A DNA stretch of 60,928 bases, taken from positions 1 through 60,928 of the forward strand of contig JAQICS010000032.1 in the NCBI GenBank assembly GCA_027858435.1. Reading direction: 5' to 3'. A program made the position numbers and the translations under genes. This stretch comes from Patescibacteria group bacterium (GTDB lineage: Bacteria > Patescibacteriota > Patescibacteriia > Patescibacteriales > UBA12465). Below the pieces are notes generated by a model. That model was not told where the DNA came from. It worked only from the letters and a program-made list of their open reading frames with translations, and made no database searches. Below, in pieces: positions 26,688 through 36,334 of this stretch (positions are counted from its first letter, which is position 1; each line of letters begins with the position of its first letter).

Positions 26688-28259
26688 TTATAATGTTGGT
26701 AAATTTGGTGGTGGTCCAGACTTGGAATCGCTACCTCTTCCTTGATAGAAGAAATCTGTATCATCACTATCTTCTAATTCTTTTTCAAATTCACTATCAT
26801 CAATACTATTCTTTTTATTATCTTCTTCCGTTATTTCTTTTCTAGCTTCTTTTTTTTCTTCATCCTCTTCTTCAAATAATTCTTTTTCCAAATTTTCTGG
26901 AGTTGCGTCTTCATCACTATTTATCATGTTGATAAACTCCTCTGATTCTTCCTCATTTTCTACAACTGGAAGTGATGATGGAGCATTAGCTTTCCTACCC
27001 GGTGCTTTTTGAATCATAGCTGATTTAACACTTCCCTCAACAGGAAAATGCCAGAGTGTAGCCAACTCTTCAATATTAAACACTCCAGGACTAGGACCGA
27101 TTGAATCTGAACGACTAGTATATGCTTCAAGTAATCTTCTCTTCTTTCGTAATACTTGTTGTTTAATACCAAAGTATGCACCTTTAGTAGCTGTTCTTTT
27201 CATTTCTGGTTTTAAGTTGTTTAGATTAAGAGATATAAATTGTTTAATAAAACCTACAAAACCAGAAACAACCTTTCCTTTATTCATCACATCCTTTTTA
27301 GCCATGTAAATAACCCTTATCTTTGCTTCAAATCCTAATTTTGAAGCCTTGCTGGTAATAGCTTCAAGTTTTTCTTTTTCACCTGGTGATAAATCCATCA
27401 TTGTTTTTGGCTTATCCTCTTTCTTTTCATCTGATACGTCTCCCCATAATGGATAAAGCATCTCTGAAACATCGCCTAAAACTTTAACACCTTTATCAAA
27501 AAAATCTTCCTTTACTTTTGTTTTTCTTTCTAGTATTTTATTAATCTCTTTTTCTGAATTCTTAATCCAAGAAAAATCAGTTGGAGCAACAACTATTTGA
27601 AACCATAATTGTTCACCTTCTTTTAGAGATCCGCATAGATCCATTAAACTTGCCATTGGGTCTTTAAACTGCATTTCAGAAGGGCCAATTGAATGCTCAA
27701 ATTCTTGATAGCATTTAATTGGATATGGTTCTGGTGCTCCTTGAATAAATTCAACTCCCCAAAAATCATACTCATCATCAGGGACAGTTTTAGGAACATT
27801 ATTTACATAATCTTCAACTTCAAATATCTCAGCATCAGGATACTGGGAATAAACAGAAGATTCTACTAAATTACGCCATTCAGCTGGAGTTCTAATTAAA
27901 AACTGTGTGTAGCCATCAATTGAAACAATTTCAAAACTAAAAGATTTTTGATATAATCCCAAAAACCATTTTTCAAAAAAACTAATTGAACCATGGGCGC
28001 CACCAAAATAGGTGAACATATTTTCCACTGCTTTTGGAGTTTGCTCAATTCCTCTTGGTATATCAATTGCTAGTAGTATAAATTTATGTCCTTCTGACCA
28101 CTTACCGCGAAGCCGATATAAATAGAGATCTCTTACTCCATATAAAAAAGCAATAGCCAAAAAAGGCCACCCAAAGTTAGCAAAAAAGCGCCAAACTATT
28201 TCAGCAGTTGGCAAATTTATAAACCTCTCAAAAACAGTAAAATCAAAAACGATTTCCAT
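26688..28259 (-). CDS. conserved hypothetical membrane protein with an acidic C-terminal tail
   Basis: 523-aa tracked ORF with an N-terminal hydrophobic hairpin (WRFFANFGWPFLAIAFLYGV). The blocks SFEIVSIDGYTQFLIRTP and FNIEELATLWHFP look family-like, but I cannot name the family. Confidence 0.55.
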   Translation of the reverse strand: MEIVFDFTVFERFINLPTAEIVWRFFANFGWPFLAIAFLYGVRDLYLYRLRGKWSEGHKFILLAIDIPRGIEQTPKAVENMFTYFGGAHGSISFFEKWFLGLYQKSFSFEIVSIDGYTQFLIRTPAEWRNLVESSVYSQYPDAEIFEVEDYVNNVPKTVPDDEYDFWGVEFIQGAPEPYPIKCYQEFEHSIGPSEMQFKDPMASLMDLCGSLKEGEQLWFQIVVAPTDFSWIKNSEKEINKILERKTKVKEDFFDKGVKVLGDVSEMLYPLWGDVSDEKKEDKPKTMMDLSPGEKEKLEAITSKASKLGFEAKIRVIYMAKKDVMNKGKVVSGFVGFIKQFISLNLNNLKPEMKRTATKGAYFGIKQQVLRKKRRLLEAYTSRSDSIGPSPGVFNIEELATLWHFPVEGSVKSAMIQKAPGRKANAPSSLPVVENEEESEEFINMINSDEDATPENLEKELFEEEDEEKKEARKEITEEDNKKNSIDDSEFEKELEDSDDTDFFYQGRGSDSKSGPPPNLPTL

Positions 28260-28299
28260 ATTTTTTTATTCCTTTTAATACTTCTATTTTACCACATTT

Positions 28300-28337
28300 T
28301 CATAAAAACAAAAACCCAGCTTTTAAAGCTGAGTTTT
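28300..28337 (-). terminator. rho-independent terminator after 28421..29446
   Basis: AAAACCCAGC (28311..28320) pairs with GCTGAGTTTT (28328..28337) with one mismatch. On the minus strand TTTTTGTTTTT follows. Confidence 0.6.
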
Positions 28338-28420
28338 ATATTTTTTCTTCTCTATATATTTCTTTATTATATTATTCTTCTCTATCTATTTTCTTAATAT
28401 ATTTTATATTATTCTTTTCA

Positions 28421-29446
28421 TTATTTTAAACCGTAGGTTCCACGACTCTCTAAATAATATCTATTATCAAGGATTAACTCGTTATGAACAGTGGCAGCAT
28501 TAGCCTTTTTCTTATCAAAACCTATTTCATTAATTTTTTTGGCAATTTCAGTAAAATGAAGTGGTTTACCAAAGTGTTTTAGAACTAAATAAATCTTATC
28601 ATTAACAGTTTTTGGTTTAATTTCACTCCAGTTAGTAGATCCCCATTGTCCAAACTTATTCATTTCTAAATCCTTAACTGCTTGAATAAGTGAGTATAGG
28701 ATTTTATTACTATTTATAATTTCTGCTTTATCTTTAAAGATCTTACTTTTATATACTTTAGTGATATCAGTATTTGGCATACTAGCCATTTTTTCCTGAT
28801 GACGATTATATGTATCAAGTTCTTTTAAGAGCTCAATTAACTCTTCAGTGCTTAATACTTTCTTTAAACTATCAACCTTATTTAAAAGATCATCAGCTAA
28901 TTCTTTAAAGTAATCAGTTTCTGCATTTTTAATTTTGATAACTGGATTGAATTCATTAGAAGATTTTATATCCTCTAAATCATCACCAATTAATTTAGAA
29001 ATTAAGAAACTAAAATGATTTCTGTAAATATCCCTATTTTTTTCATATTCAGGAGTATCAGAATTATAATTGTTTTCTAACTCTAAGCAAGATACAGTTA
29101 AAATATCTAAAAGAAAATCTTTTCTTAACATTCCTCCATGTTCTTCAAGAAGTTCAGAAATAGTTTCTTTAAGAGTATTAACAGAGTCTTCAATCTTTTC
29201 AATCTTTTTAATTTTCTTAATACTAGCTGACTCAATTTGTCGTACTCTTTCTCTAGTTAGATTATGAAGACTTCCAATTTTTTCTAAAGTTTCTCCCTTG
29301 CCACCTTTTAATCCATAGCGACGAGTCAGAATATCTTTTTCTCTATCAAGAAGATCAGTGAATAAAAAATCTACAATTTTAATTGCATTTAATCTTGATA
29401 ATTCTTCTGTTTTTCCTTGGTTTAGGTTTTCAAATATTTTTGACAT
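28421..29446 (-). CDS. sigma-70 region 4-like HTH protein with a C-terminal HARE-HTH (RpoE/delta-like) domain
   Basis: The N-terminal ILTRRYGLKGGKGETLEKIGSLHNLTRERVRQIESASIKKI resembles sigma region 4. The C-terminal YLVLKHFGKPLHFTEIAKKI...VHNELILDNRYYLESRGTYGL resembles a HARE-HTH. Confidence 0.65.
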   Translation of the reverse strand: MSKIFENLNQGKTEELSRLNAIKIVDFLFTDLLDREKDILTRRYGLKGGKGETLEKIGSLHNLTRERVRQIESASIKKIKKIEKIEDSVNTLKETISELLEEHGGMLRKDFLLDILTVSCLELENNYNSDTPEYEKNRDIYRNHFSFLISKLIGDDLEDIKSSNEFNPVIKIKNAETDYFKELADDLLNKVDSLKKVLSTEELIELLKELDTYNRHQEKMASMPNTDITKVYKSKIFKDKAEIINSNKILYSLIQAVKDLEMNKFGQWGSTNWSEIKPKTVNDKIYLVLKHFGKPLHFTEIAKKINEIGFDKKKANAATVHNELILDNRYYLESRGTYGLK

Positions 29447-29515
29447 ATATTAAAATAATTGTTTTATAATTAACCAAACTTTATCACATTATTTTGTATT
29501 AGTCAAGGGGTAGTA

Positions 29516-29812
29516 GGCTCTATGTCGAAAAGTGTGTATAAAAATTGTAAAATTTGATTAAATCTACTTTAATATTGGCTACAAAATTATAGAAAGACAC
29601 TATTAAAAAATAAAGCTTATTTTTTAATAAAATTTTGAAACAATATTTTGCGTCTCTTAAATTATTCAATATTACCAGTATGGTAGTATATAGCTTAAAT
29701 ATAAACCAAATATATAAAATACACACCATTAAAAGCTGTTTTATTGGTATTCTAAAAGGAATTTATTGTGCAATAGTCCGTTAAATCTATACACACTTTT
29801 CAACGTAGAGCC
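29516..29812. mobile_element. MITE-like non-autonomous element (297 bp) with 25-bp terminal inverted repeats and a 9-bp target-site duplication
   Basis: The left TIR GGCTCTATGTCGAAAAGTGTGTATA (29516..29540) matches the reverse complement of 29788..29812 (GGCTCTACGTTGAAAAGTGTGTATA) at 23/25 positions. The direct repeat GGGGTAGTA flanks both ends (29507..29515 and 29813..29821). The interior is AT-rich with no credible ORF. Confidence 0.7.
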
Positions 29813-29828
29813 GGGGTAGTATATGAAA

Positions 29829-30836
29829 TCATCTTTTTAAGGACAATTTTATTATATTTTTATATTCTTTTAGCAAAAATTGCTCAAATATTAGCGAAAA
29901 TATGAATAATGAAGTAATTCTTAAGATTATCCTTATTTTATCTTTAAGAATTTGTTTTTTAAAATGTTTTAGATATAGTAAATGTTGATTTACAAAAGAG
30001 TACTTTCTGCTTATAACACTGTTTTTCTTCCTATTTTTAATTTTCGATAAAAAATTAGTGCTAAAATTACCAATACTTCTATCATGAAAAATTAAAGAAT
30101 TGAAATTAGTTTTACATTTAAAGCCATTTAGAAATAGTCTATAGGAAAGATCACAGTCTTCTTTGTACATAAAAAACCTCTCATCAAAGTATTCCTTTTT
30201 ATCTTTTTTTAAATTAGCAACTTTTTCTAAACTATCTATTTTAAATAATCCAGCTGCTCCACTAGGACCTATTATCTTATCCTGACATATCATATCTAAC
30301 TTATCATTTTCCATATCATCTCTTCCCTGCATCATATCTTTAAAGCTCAGTCCTGGCTCAAGGGTTAAACCTAGAGAGTCAATCTTTTTTGAAATATCAT
30401 TATTTTCAAAATCCCAAACTAATATTTTTGGAGAAACTGAGGCAATATCACCATCTTCTCCTATTGTCTTTACCATCTCTTCTATACTACTTTTTTCTAA
30501 GAAGGTATCAGGGTTAATTACTAAAAAATAATCACAACCCTCTGAATTAGCTTTCTCTATCATTAAGTTATAGGCAACAGAAAATCCAAGATTTTCTCCA
30601 AATTCTAATATTTCTAAATTTAAGTTAGGGTTTTCCTTTTTAAAATTTTCAACAATTTCATTATTTACCCCTCTATCACTTTTTTTACCTTTATTTTCAA
30701 AGCTATTATTAAAAGAAAGAATAAGGCTTTCTTTTAAATTAGCTTTTAAAAGAGCCTCTTTTAAGCTAGGAAGGAAAAAGGGTAGATATTTAGCGCTAGC
30801 GTTGTTGTAGGTGATATAACCAATGGCTAGTTTCAT
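29829..30836 (-). CDS. glycosyltransferase family 2
   Basis: N-terminal GT-A pattern (AIGYITYNN...), with DxD-like NPDT and an ED motif region (MYKEDCDLSYR). Confidence 0.8.
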   Translation of the reverse strand: MKLAIGYITYNNASAKYLPFFLPSLKEALLKANLKESLILSFNNSFENKGKKSDRGVNNEIVENFKKENPNLNLEILEFGENLGFSVAYNLMIEKANSEGCDYFLVINPDTFLEKSSIEEMVKTIGEDGDIASVSPKILVWDFENNDISKKIDSLGLTLEPGLSFKDMMQGRDDMENDKLDMICQDKIIGPSGAAGLFKIDSLEKVANLKKDKKEYFDERFFMYKEDCDLSYRLFLNGFKCKTNFNSLIFHDRSIGNFSTNFLSKIKNRKKNSVISRKYSFVNQHLLYLKHFKKQILKDKIRIILRITSLFIFSLIFEQFLLKEYKNIIKLSLKR

Positions 30837-30838
30837 AA

Positions 30839-31705
30839 TTATATTTTAATATTTAAAAATTCAGCTAGGGCTAAATTATATGGCCGCATTTTCTTTAGCT
30901 TTTCATTTTTTAAAATGGAATATTTAGACACCCGAGCGTCTTTTAACAAATCTTCACTTCTAAGTCCTTTTAGATAAACTGGCAAACGTGATATACCAAA
31001 AAGCTCAGCTGCTGCGTCGTACCAAGTGGCTGGTTTTTCGTTAACTAAATGATACACTCCAAAAGGAACTTTTAATTCCCACATTCTTTTACAAGCGTGA
31101 GCTAAATCAGGAGTGTAAGTGAAATTTGCTAACTCTTCTTTTATCACTTTAAAATCTCTTTTTCCTTCCCTGTATTCAAAAAGAAGATTAGAAAAGAAAT
31201 CTCTTTCATCTTCATTTTCTGGTCCAGGTGGTCCAAATAATCTTGAATATCTAACGAGATAGAAATTTAGTCCTAATCTTCCTCTCCTTATCAATTCAAT
31301 TTCTCCTTTAGCCTTTGTTTCCCCGTATTTATTTAAAGGATTAGGAGTCTCCTCTTCTGTAAAATATTGCTTATCTTTAGTTCCATTAAATACTTGATTA
31401 TTAGAAAAATGAATTAAAATTGAATCGTTTTCTTTAGATATATCGGCTAATTTAGCTACTAATTCAATATTATACTTTACAGCTCTAGCTAATCCATTTT
31501 CTCTTTCACATTTTTCTACTTCATTATAGGAAGTTGTATTTACAATTAAATCTGGTTTTAGAGCATTAATTTTAGTCTCAAGGGTTTCAAAGTCTAAAAA
31601 ACTAATTTCCTCTTTATCCCAAGAGAAAACATCATAATCTTCAGAAAAACTTTTAACCAATTGAAATCCGAGTTTATTTTGTCCTCCTAAAATTAGTATT
31701 CTCAT
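30839..31705 (-). CDS. dTDP-4-dehydrorhamnose reductase-like SDR (RmlD family)
   Basis: Rossmann start MRILILGGQNKLG and catalytic YGETKAKGE (YxxxK). I chose the start at 31703..31705 rather than the tracked 31729, which would overlap the murF stop. Confidence 0.75.
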   Translation of the reverse strand: MRILILGGQNKLGFQLVKSFSEDYDVFSWDKEEISFLDFETLETKINALKPDLIVNTTSYNEVEKCERENGLARAVKYNIELVAKLADISKENDSILIHFSNNQVFNGTKDKQYFTEEETPNPLNKYGETKAKGEIELIRRGRLGLNFYLVRYSRLFGPPGPENEDERDFFSNLLFEYREGKRDFKVIKEELANFTYTPDLAHACKRMWELKVPFGVYHLVNEKPATWYDAAAELFGISRLPVYLKGLRSEDLLKDARVSKYSILKNEKLKKMRPYNLALAEFLNIKI

Positions 31706-31706
31706 A

Positions 31707-32972
31707 TTATTTGACCAATAACTTATCACTTTTTTCAGGATTTATCATCACCTTCTTTATCCCTTCTTCCATCTTCATTCCCCTTGATCCTTTAAAAAGC
31801 ATAACATCACCAGGTCTTATTCTATCTTGTATAAATAGTCCTGCTTGAGAGCTATTTTCAAAAGAAAATATATTCTTTTTAGCAAAGCCTCGTCTATTTG
31901 CTTCCTCTCCAATATATTCTGATTCTTTTCCAACTAGTACTAAAAAGTCAATATCAAGATTATTAATATATTTACCAATTTCCCTGTGTATTTCAATAGA
32001 CATATCTCCAAGCTCTAAAATATCTCCTAAAACTGCATATTTAAATGACTCATTATCAATTTTAATTTTATTAAAAACCTCAAGAGCCAACTTACATGAC
32101 TCAGGTGATGAGTTGTAGCTATCATCAATTATAAAGGAATGGTTAATTCCAATTAAGGTATTCATACGACCATTTGGAAGAGAAAAATCTTTTAAAGAAG
32201 CAGCGATGTCAATTAGGTTTAAACCAAAGTGAAGACCAACTGAGGCAGCTGATAGGGCGGCATAGACGGCTGATTTTGTAATAACATTATCCATTACAAC
32301 TGGCACAATTGAGCCATTGTAATTGAACTTAAAATTAAGTCCAGACAAATCGTAATTTCCTCTCTCTAGATTATATTTTAAATCTTGAGCCTTAAGTTCT
32401 GCTCCACTATTAAAACCATATTTTAACACTTTAGAACGTGAAAGGTTGGCCATTTGACAAACTAAATCATCATCACAGTTTAAAATTGCTAAACCATTAG
32501 CTGGCAAAGCTTTAACTAATTTCTGTTTTTCTTCTTTTATTTTTTGACGTGATCCAAAAAATTCAATATGAGAGTGACCAACTGAGGTTACTACTCCAAT
32601 ACTAGGCATAGCAATGCTGCATAAATAATCCATATCACCTGGTCTATCAATTCCCATTTCTAAAACTAATATTTTTGGATATTTTTTACTCTTAAATATA
32701 ATTAAAATAATTGCTTTACAGAAAACTGCAAGCCAAGCAAAAATGTTTTTACCAGGTGATATTTGGCCAATAATTGAAAGCGGTAAGCCAATTTCATTAT
32801 TATAGTTCTTTAATCCACCACTAACCCTATATTTGCTTTTAAGAACTTGGCAAATAACATTCTTGGAACTAGTTTTTCCAACTGAGCCAGTAATAGCAAC
32901 AACTTTTGGTTTCTGTCGCCAAATTACCAACTTTGCTAATATCTTTAGTTTTAATTGTAATATTTTTTTCAT
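31707..32972 (-). CDS. murF: UDP-N-acetylmuramoyl-tripeptide--D-alanyl-D-alanine ligase
   Basis: Mur ligase P-loop ITGSVGKTS and the DDSYNSSP block, in a dcw context. Confidence 0.9.
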   Translation of the reverse strand: MKKILQLKLKILAKLVIWRQKPKVVAITGSVGKTSSKNVICQVLKSKYRVSGGLKNYNNEIGLPLSIIGQISPGKNIFAWLAVFCKAIILIIFKSKKYPKILVLEMGIDRPGDMDYLCSIAMPSIGVVTSVGHSHIEFFGSRQKIKEEKQKLVKALPANGLAILNCDDDLVCQMANLSRSKVLKYGFNSGAELKAQDLKYNLERGNYDLSGLNFKFNYNGSIVPVVMDNVITKSAVYAALSAASVGLHFGLNLIDIAASLKDFSLPNGRMNTLIGINHSFIIDDSYNSSPESCKLALEVFNKIKIDNESFKYAVLGDILELGDMSIEIHREIGKYINNLDIDFLVLVGKESEYIGEEANRRGFAKKNIFSFENSSQAGLFIQDRIRPGDVMLFKGSRGMKMEEGIKKVMINPEKSDKLLVK

Positions 32973-32985
32973 AAATTATTTATTC

Positions 32986-35025
32986 CTATCTTGTTTTCGG
33001 AGACTGATAATACTTGAGGATAAACTCTCCTATATCCTGAAATAACGGTACTACTGAGCTCTCAGCGTACTGCACATCTTTTGGGCTGTCAATTTTAGTT
33101 AACATCACAAATCTCGGTTCTTCAATTGGAGCAACGCCGATAAAGGTGTGGACATATTCATTTTGTCTATAACCACCTTTAGAAGCAATTTGGGCTGTTC
33201 CTGTTTTACCACCTACATAATAGCCATCAACCTTAGCTTTCGTTGAGTGACCCTTTTCAACAATATTAACAAGCATGGCTAACATTGTTTCAGCTGTTTC
33301 TTTAGAAATAACTTGCCTTACTTCCTTAGGATTAGTTATCTCTTCCCTGTCTTCATAAACAATCTTGTCCACTATATATGGCTTCATTAAATTACCTTCA
33401 TTAGCAATTGCTTGATATGACATAACCATTTGAAGAGGAGTAACGGCAATTCCTTGACCAAATGAAGCAGTAGCAGCATCAATCTCTTTTACCCTATCTC
33501 TTAGCAAATTAGCCATATTTCCACTACCCTCTGATCCAAGCTCAACTCCTGTTTTTTCACCAAAGCCAAAATCTTTAACATAAGCGCTAAAGTCCTCTAC
33601 TCCAGTTTGTTTCATTGCAAATATGGCTCCAGTATTTAGTGAATAATCTAAAACATAATTCATATCCACTATTCCATGAGCACCTTTACTAGAAAAATCA
33701 GCGTTCTTAATTGGTTTATACCACCCTTCTATCATAATTTGTCCCTCATCATTGTAAGTAGTGCTAGGTTTTACCTTATTCTTATCAATCGCTGCTGCCA
33801 TTGTTATTACCTTAAACACAGAACCAGGTTCATATTGGTATAAAACATTAGGATTATTATAGACACTAATATCTTCTACTTCTGAATAGTTATTTGGGTT
33901 AAACTTTGGTTCAGAACACATTGTTAATATTGCCCCCGTTTTCGGATCTATGATAATAACGGAGCCGCCAGTTGCCTCGTGTTTTTCTACTGCTTTACTT
34001 AATTTATCACAAGCAAAGGTTTGAATATTTCTATCAATTGTTAATACAATATCTGCCCCATCTTTTGCTTCAATATAGTCCCTATCACTTGCTATCATAA
34101 TGTTTCCGGCTCCAACATCTGTTTCAATAGAACCATATTCACCAAATAATTCTGTATTAAAAAATTCTTCTAATCCATAACGTCCTTTGCCTTCACCATC
34201 AACATAACTAACAAAACCTAAAAGTTGTGAGCCAAGTTCATTTTCTGGATAATATCTATAACTACCAACATTAAAGCCAATACCAGGTATTATTAATGTT
34301 GTATCTTCTTCCTTTTGCTCTCCAGTATAATATACTTTTCCATTTCTATACTTTAGATCATCAACTGTTATTTCTTTTTTAATATCAAGTTCATACTTTT
34401 CATATTCTTGATTATTAAAATGCTCAACTAAAGAGCTTTCTTTTATCTCACCTTCAACTTCATACTCCGGTTGAATAATATAGCTGTATAATTTTAAAAA
34501 ATTATTTATTTCAATTCTTATATTAAGCGGTTCATACACATCCCCTGGTTTATCAAATCTTTTTAAATAGTTAGAAATTATAGTTTCTTTTGTAGAGGTA
34601 GCAATAATTACTTCTTTTTTAATTTCTCTTTCTTTATTTTCTTCTCTAATTTCTTCCTCAAGTCTTGGTTTATCAAAGAAATTATAGAATTTATGGGCCA
34701 TCTCCTCTGGGTTTAGTACATCTTTTGGAACAGTGTAAATAGTAGCCATATCCCTATTTGTAGCGGCCGCAAAAAAATTCTCTTGATTGTTCTTTTTTTC
34801 TTGAAAATATATTCTCCCTCTATCTGGAGTTAACATGCTTGAATACTCGTGTTGACGAGAAGCTTTAGCTTTATATAAATCACAATCTTTTACTTGAAGA
34901 GTAAATAATTGATATATAATTGAAAAGCAAAATAAAAAAACAATCGCTACGACAATACGCCAGCGACCTAAACCAAGCTTAGACTTCTTTTTTTTCACCC
35001 TGTTTTTGTTTTTTCCTTCCCACAT
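32986..35025 (-). CDS. ftsI: class B penicillin-binding protein (FtsI/PBP2-type transpeptidase)
   Basis: N-terminal TM helix, then SxxK (GSVFK), SxN (YSLNTG) and KTG (GKTGTA), in a dcw context. It has an extra K/E-rich insertion in the N-terminal module. Confidence 0.9.
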   Translation of the reverse strand: MWEGKNKNRVKKKKSKLGLGRWRIVVAIVFLFCFSIIYQLFTLQVKDCDLYKAKASRQHEYSSMLTPDRGRIYFQEKKNNQENFFAAATNRDMATIYTVPKDVLNPEEMAHKFYNFFDKPRLEEEIREENKEREIKKEVIIATSTKETIISNYLKRFDKPGDVYEPLNIRIEINNFLKLYSYIIQPEYEVEGEIKESSLVEHFNNQEYEKYELDIKKEITVDDLKYRNGKVYYTGEQKEEDTTLIIPGIGFNVGSYRYYPENELGSQLLGFVSYVDGEGKGRYGLEEFFNTELFGEYGSIETDVGAGNIMIASDRDYIEAKDGADIVLTIDRNIQTFACDKLSKAVEKHEATGGSVIIIDPKTGAILTMCSEPKFNPNNYSEVEDISVYNNPNVLYQYEPGSVFKVITMAAAIDKNKVKPSTTYNDEGQIMIEGWYKPIKNADFSSKGAHGIVDMNYVLDYSLNTGAIFAMKQTGVEDFSAYVKDFGFGEKTGVELGSEGSGNMANLLRDRVKEIDAATASFGQGIAVTPLQMVMSYQAIANEGNLMKPYIVDKIVYEDREEITNPKEVRQVISKETAETMLAMLVNIVEKGHSTKAKVDGYYVGGKTGTAQIASKGGYRQNEYVHTFIGVAPIEEPRFVMLTKIDSPKDVQYAESSVVPLFQDIGEFILKYYQSPKTR

Positions 35026-35057
35026 AAAATACTTTTAAACAGGCAAAATATTTGTTT

Positions 35058-35381
35058 TTATTTCTTAGCTAAAACTTGATCATTTCTAGTTAAATAAATA
35101 ACATCATTTGCCTCAACCATCTTTAATGAATCAATTCTAGAAGAAAAAGCATAGTATGATTGATTAGCATTAACTTCTTCCTCAAGCCCTCTATTTTTTT
35201 CCGCTAAATAATCTACTTCAGTTTTTAATTCTTGGATAACAAAACCATCAACAGTTACTTGATTAATATTAAAAAGATAAAAGCCACCAACTATAATTAG
35301 GGCGGTAAATATAAAAGCGTTTAACACCTTTAGAGATGTTTTTTTCTTATCTTGATTACAATGTTTTTTGTTACTGCTCAT
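35058..35381 (-). CDS. ftsL: FtsL-like cell division protein
   Basis: 107 aa with a single TM helix plus a coiled coil. It occupies the canonical position between rsmH and ftsI. Confidence 0.55.
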   Translation of the reverse strand: MSSNKKHCNQDKKKTSLKVLNAFIFTALIIVGGFYLFNINQVTVDGFVIQELKTEVDYLAEKNRGLEEEVNANQSYYAFSSRIDSLKMVEANDVIYLTRNDQVLAKK

Positions 35382-35414
35382 ATTTTTATCTTTTTATATA
35401 TGAATTGAAAATTA

Positions 35415-36332
35415 TTAAATTTTTTCTGCGCTTCTTAGTTTTGCACTTCTAGCTCTTGGGTTTCTATCAGCTTCCTCTAAGCTACACTCGATTGGTTTTT
35501 TAGTTATATTTTTGAAACTACTATTTTTTCTATCTCGTAGAAAATTCTTTACTATCCTATCTTCTCCGCTATGAAATGATACTACTACTAACTTTCCACC
35601 GGTCTTTAATTTCTCCTCTGCCTTCTCTAAAGCTTGCTCTAGTACTTTATATTCTGAATTTGTCTCTATCCTTAAAGCTTGAAATACTTTAGTAGCTGGA
35701 TGAATGTTTGACTTGAAATTAAAGGGCTTAACTTCTTCAATTATCTTAACTAAATCATTAGTGGTTTTAATTCTCTTGTCTTTTCTTTTCTTAACTATAT
35801 TTAGAGCAATTTGCTCTGCCTTTCTTTCTTCGCCATAATCAGAAAATATTTTAGCTAAATCTTCAACTGAATATTTGTTTACTATATCCTCAGTAGATGG
35901 CTCACTTGTCTGAGAGAAAGCCATATTTAGGGGACGAGTACCTTTAAAGGAAAATCCACGACTCTCATCATCAAGTTGTGCTGATGATAGTCCTAGATCA
36001 AATACGATGCCGTCAAATTTAAAAGAACGTGGGAAAAACTTATGACTTACCTGATCTAAATTTTTAAAATTACTTTTAGCAAGTATTACATTACTAAGTC
36101 CTTTACTTTCTAATATGTCTTTTGCGTTTTCAAGTGCTAAATCATCTAAATCTATTGCTAACACTTTTCCCTCTGGTCCAATTTTTTCCGCTATTAAACT
36201 AGTATATCCTGCCCCTCCTAAAGTACAATCTATATAATATCCTCCTTTTTTTAAATCAAGATTAGAAATAATTTCTTCAAGCATTACTGGAATATGAAAA
36301 TATTTCTTACTTTGTTTATCTAAATTATCCAT
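35415..36332 (-). CDS. rsmH: 16S rRNA (cytosine1402-N4)-methyltransferase
   Basis: HIPVMLEE, DCTLGGAGYT, FDLGLSS and SFHSGEDR blocks. Confidence 0.95.
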   Translation of the reverse strand: MDNLDKQSKKYFHIPVMLEEIISNLDLKKGGYYIDCTLGGAGYTSLIAEKIGPEGKVLAIDLDDLALENAKDILESKGLSNVILAKSNFKNLDQVSHKFFPRSFKFDGIVFDLGLSSAQLDDESRGFSFKGTRPLNMAFSQTSEPSTEDIVNKYSVEDLAKIFSDYGEERKAEQIALNIVKKRKDKRIKTTNDLVKIIEEVKPFNFKSNIHPATKVFQALRIETNSEYKVLEQALEKAEEKLKTGGKLVVVSFHSGEDRIVKNFLRDRKNSSFKNITKKPIECSLEEADRNPRARSAKLRSAEKI

Positions 36333-36334
36333 TT

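Noticed and set aside
29520-29729. 69-aa minus-strand ORF between the sigma-like gene and the GT2 gene.
   Set aside because: It lies entirely inside the MITE-like element, has an I/L/F/Y/N-rich low-complexity composition, and has no start context. It is too small to be a transposase.
31706-31729. 8-aa N-terminal extension of the RmlD-like ORF overlapping murF.
   Set aside because: The internal MRILILGG start gives the standard Rossmann N-terminus and removes the overlap with the murF stop codon.
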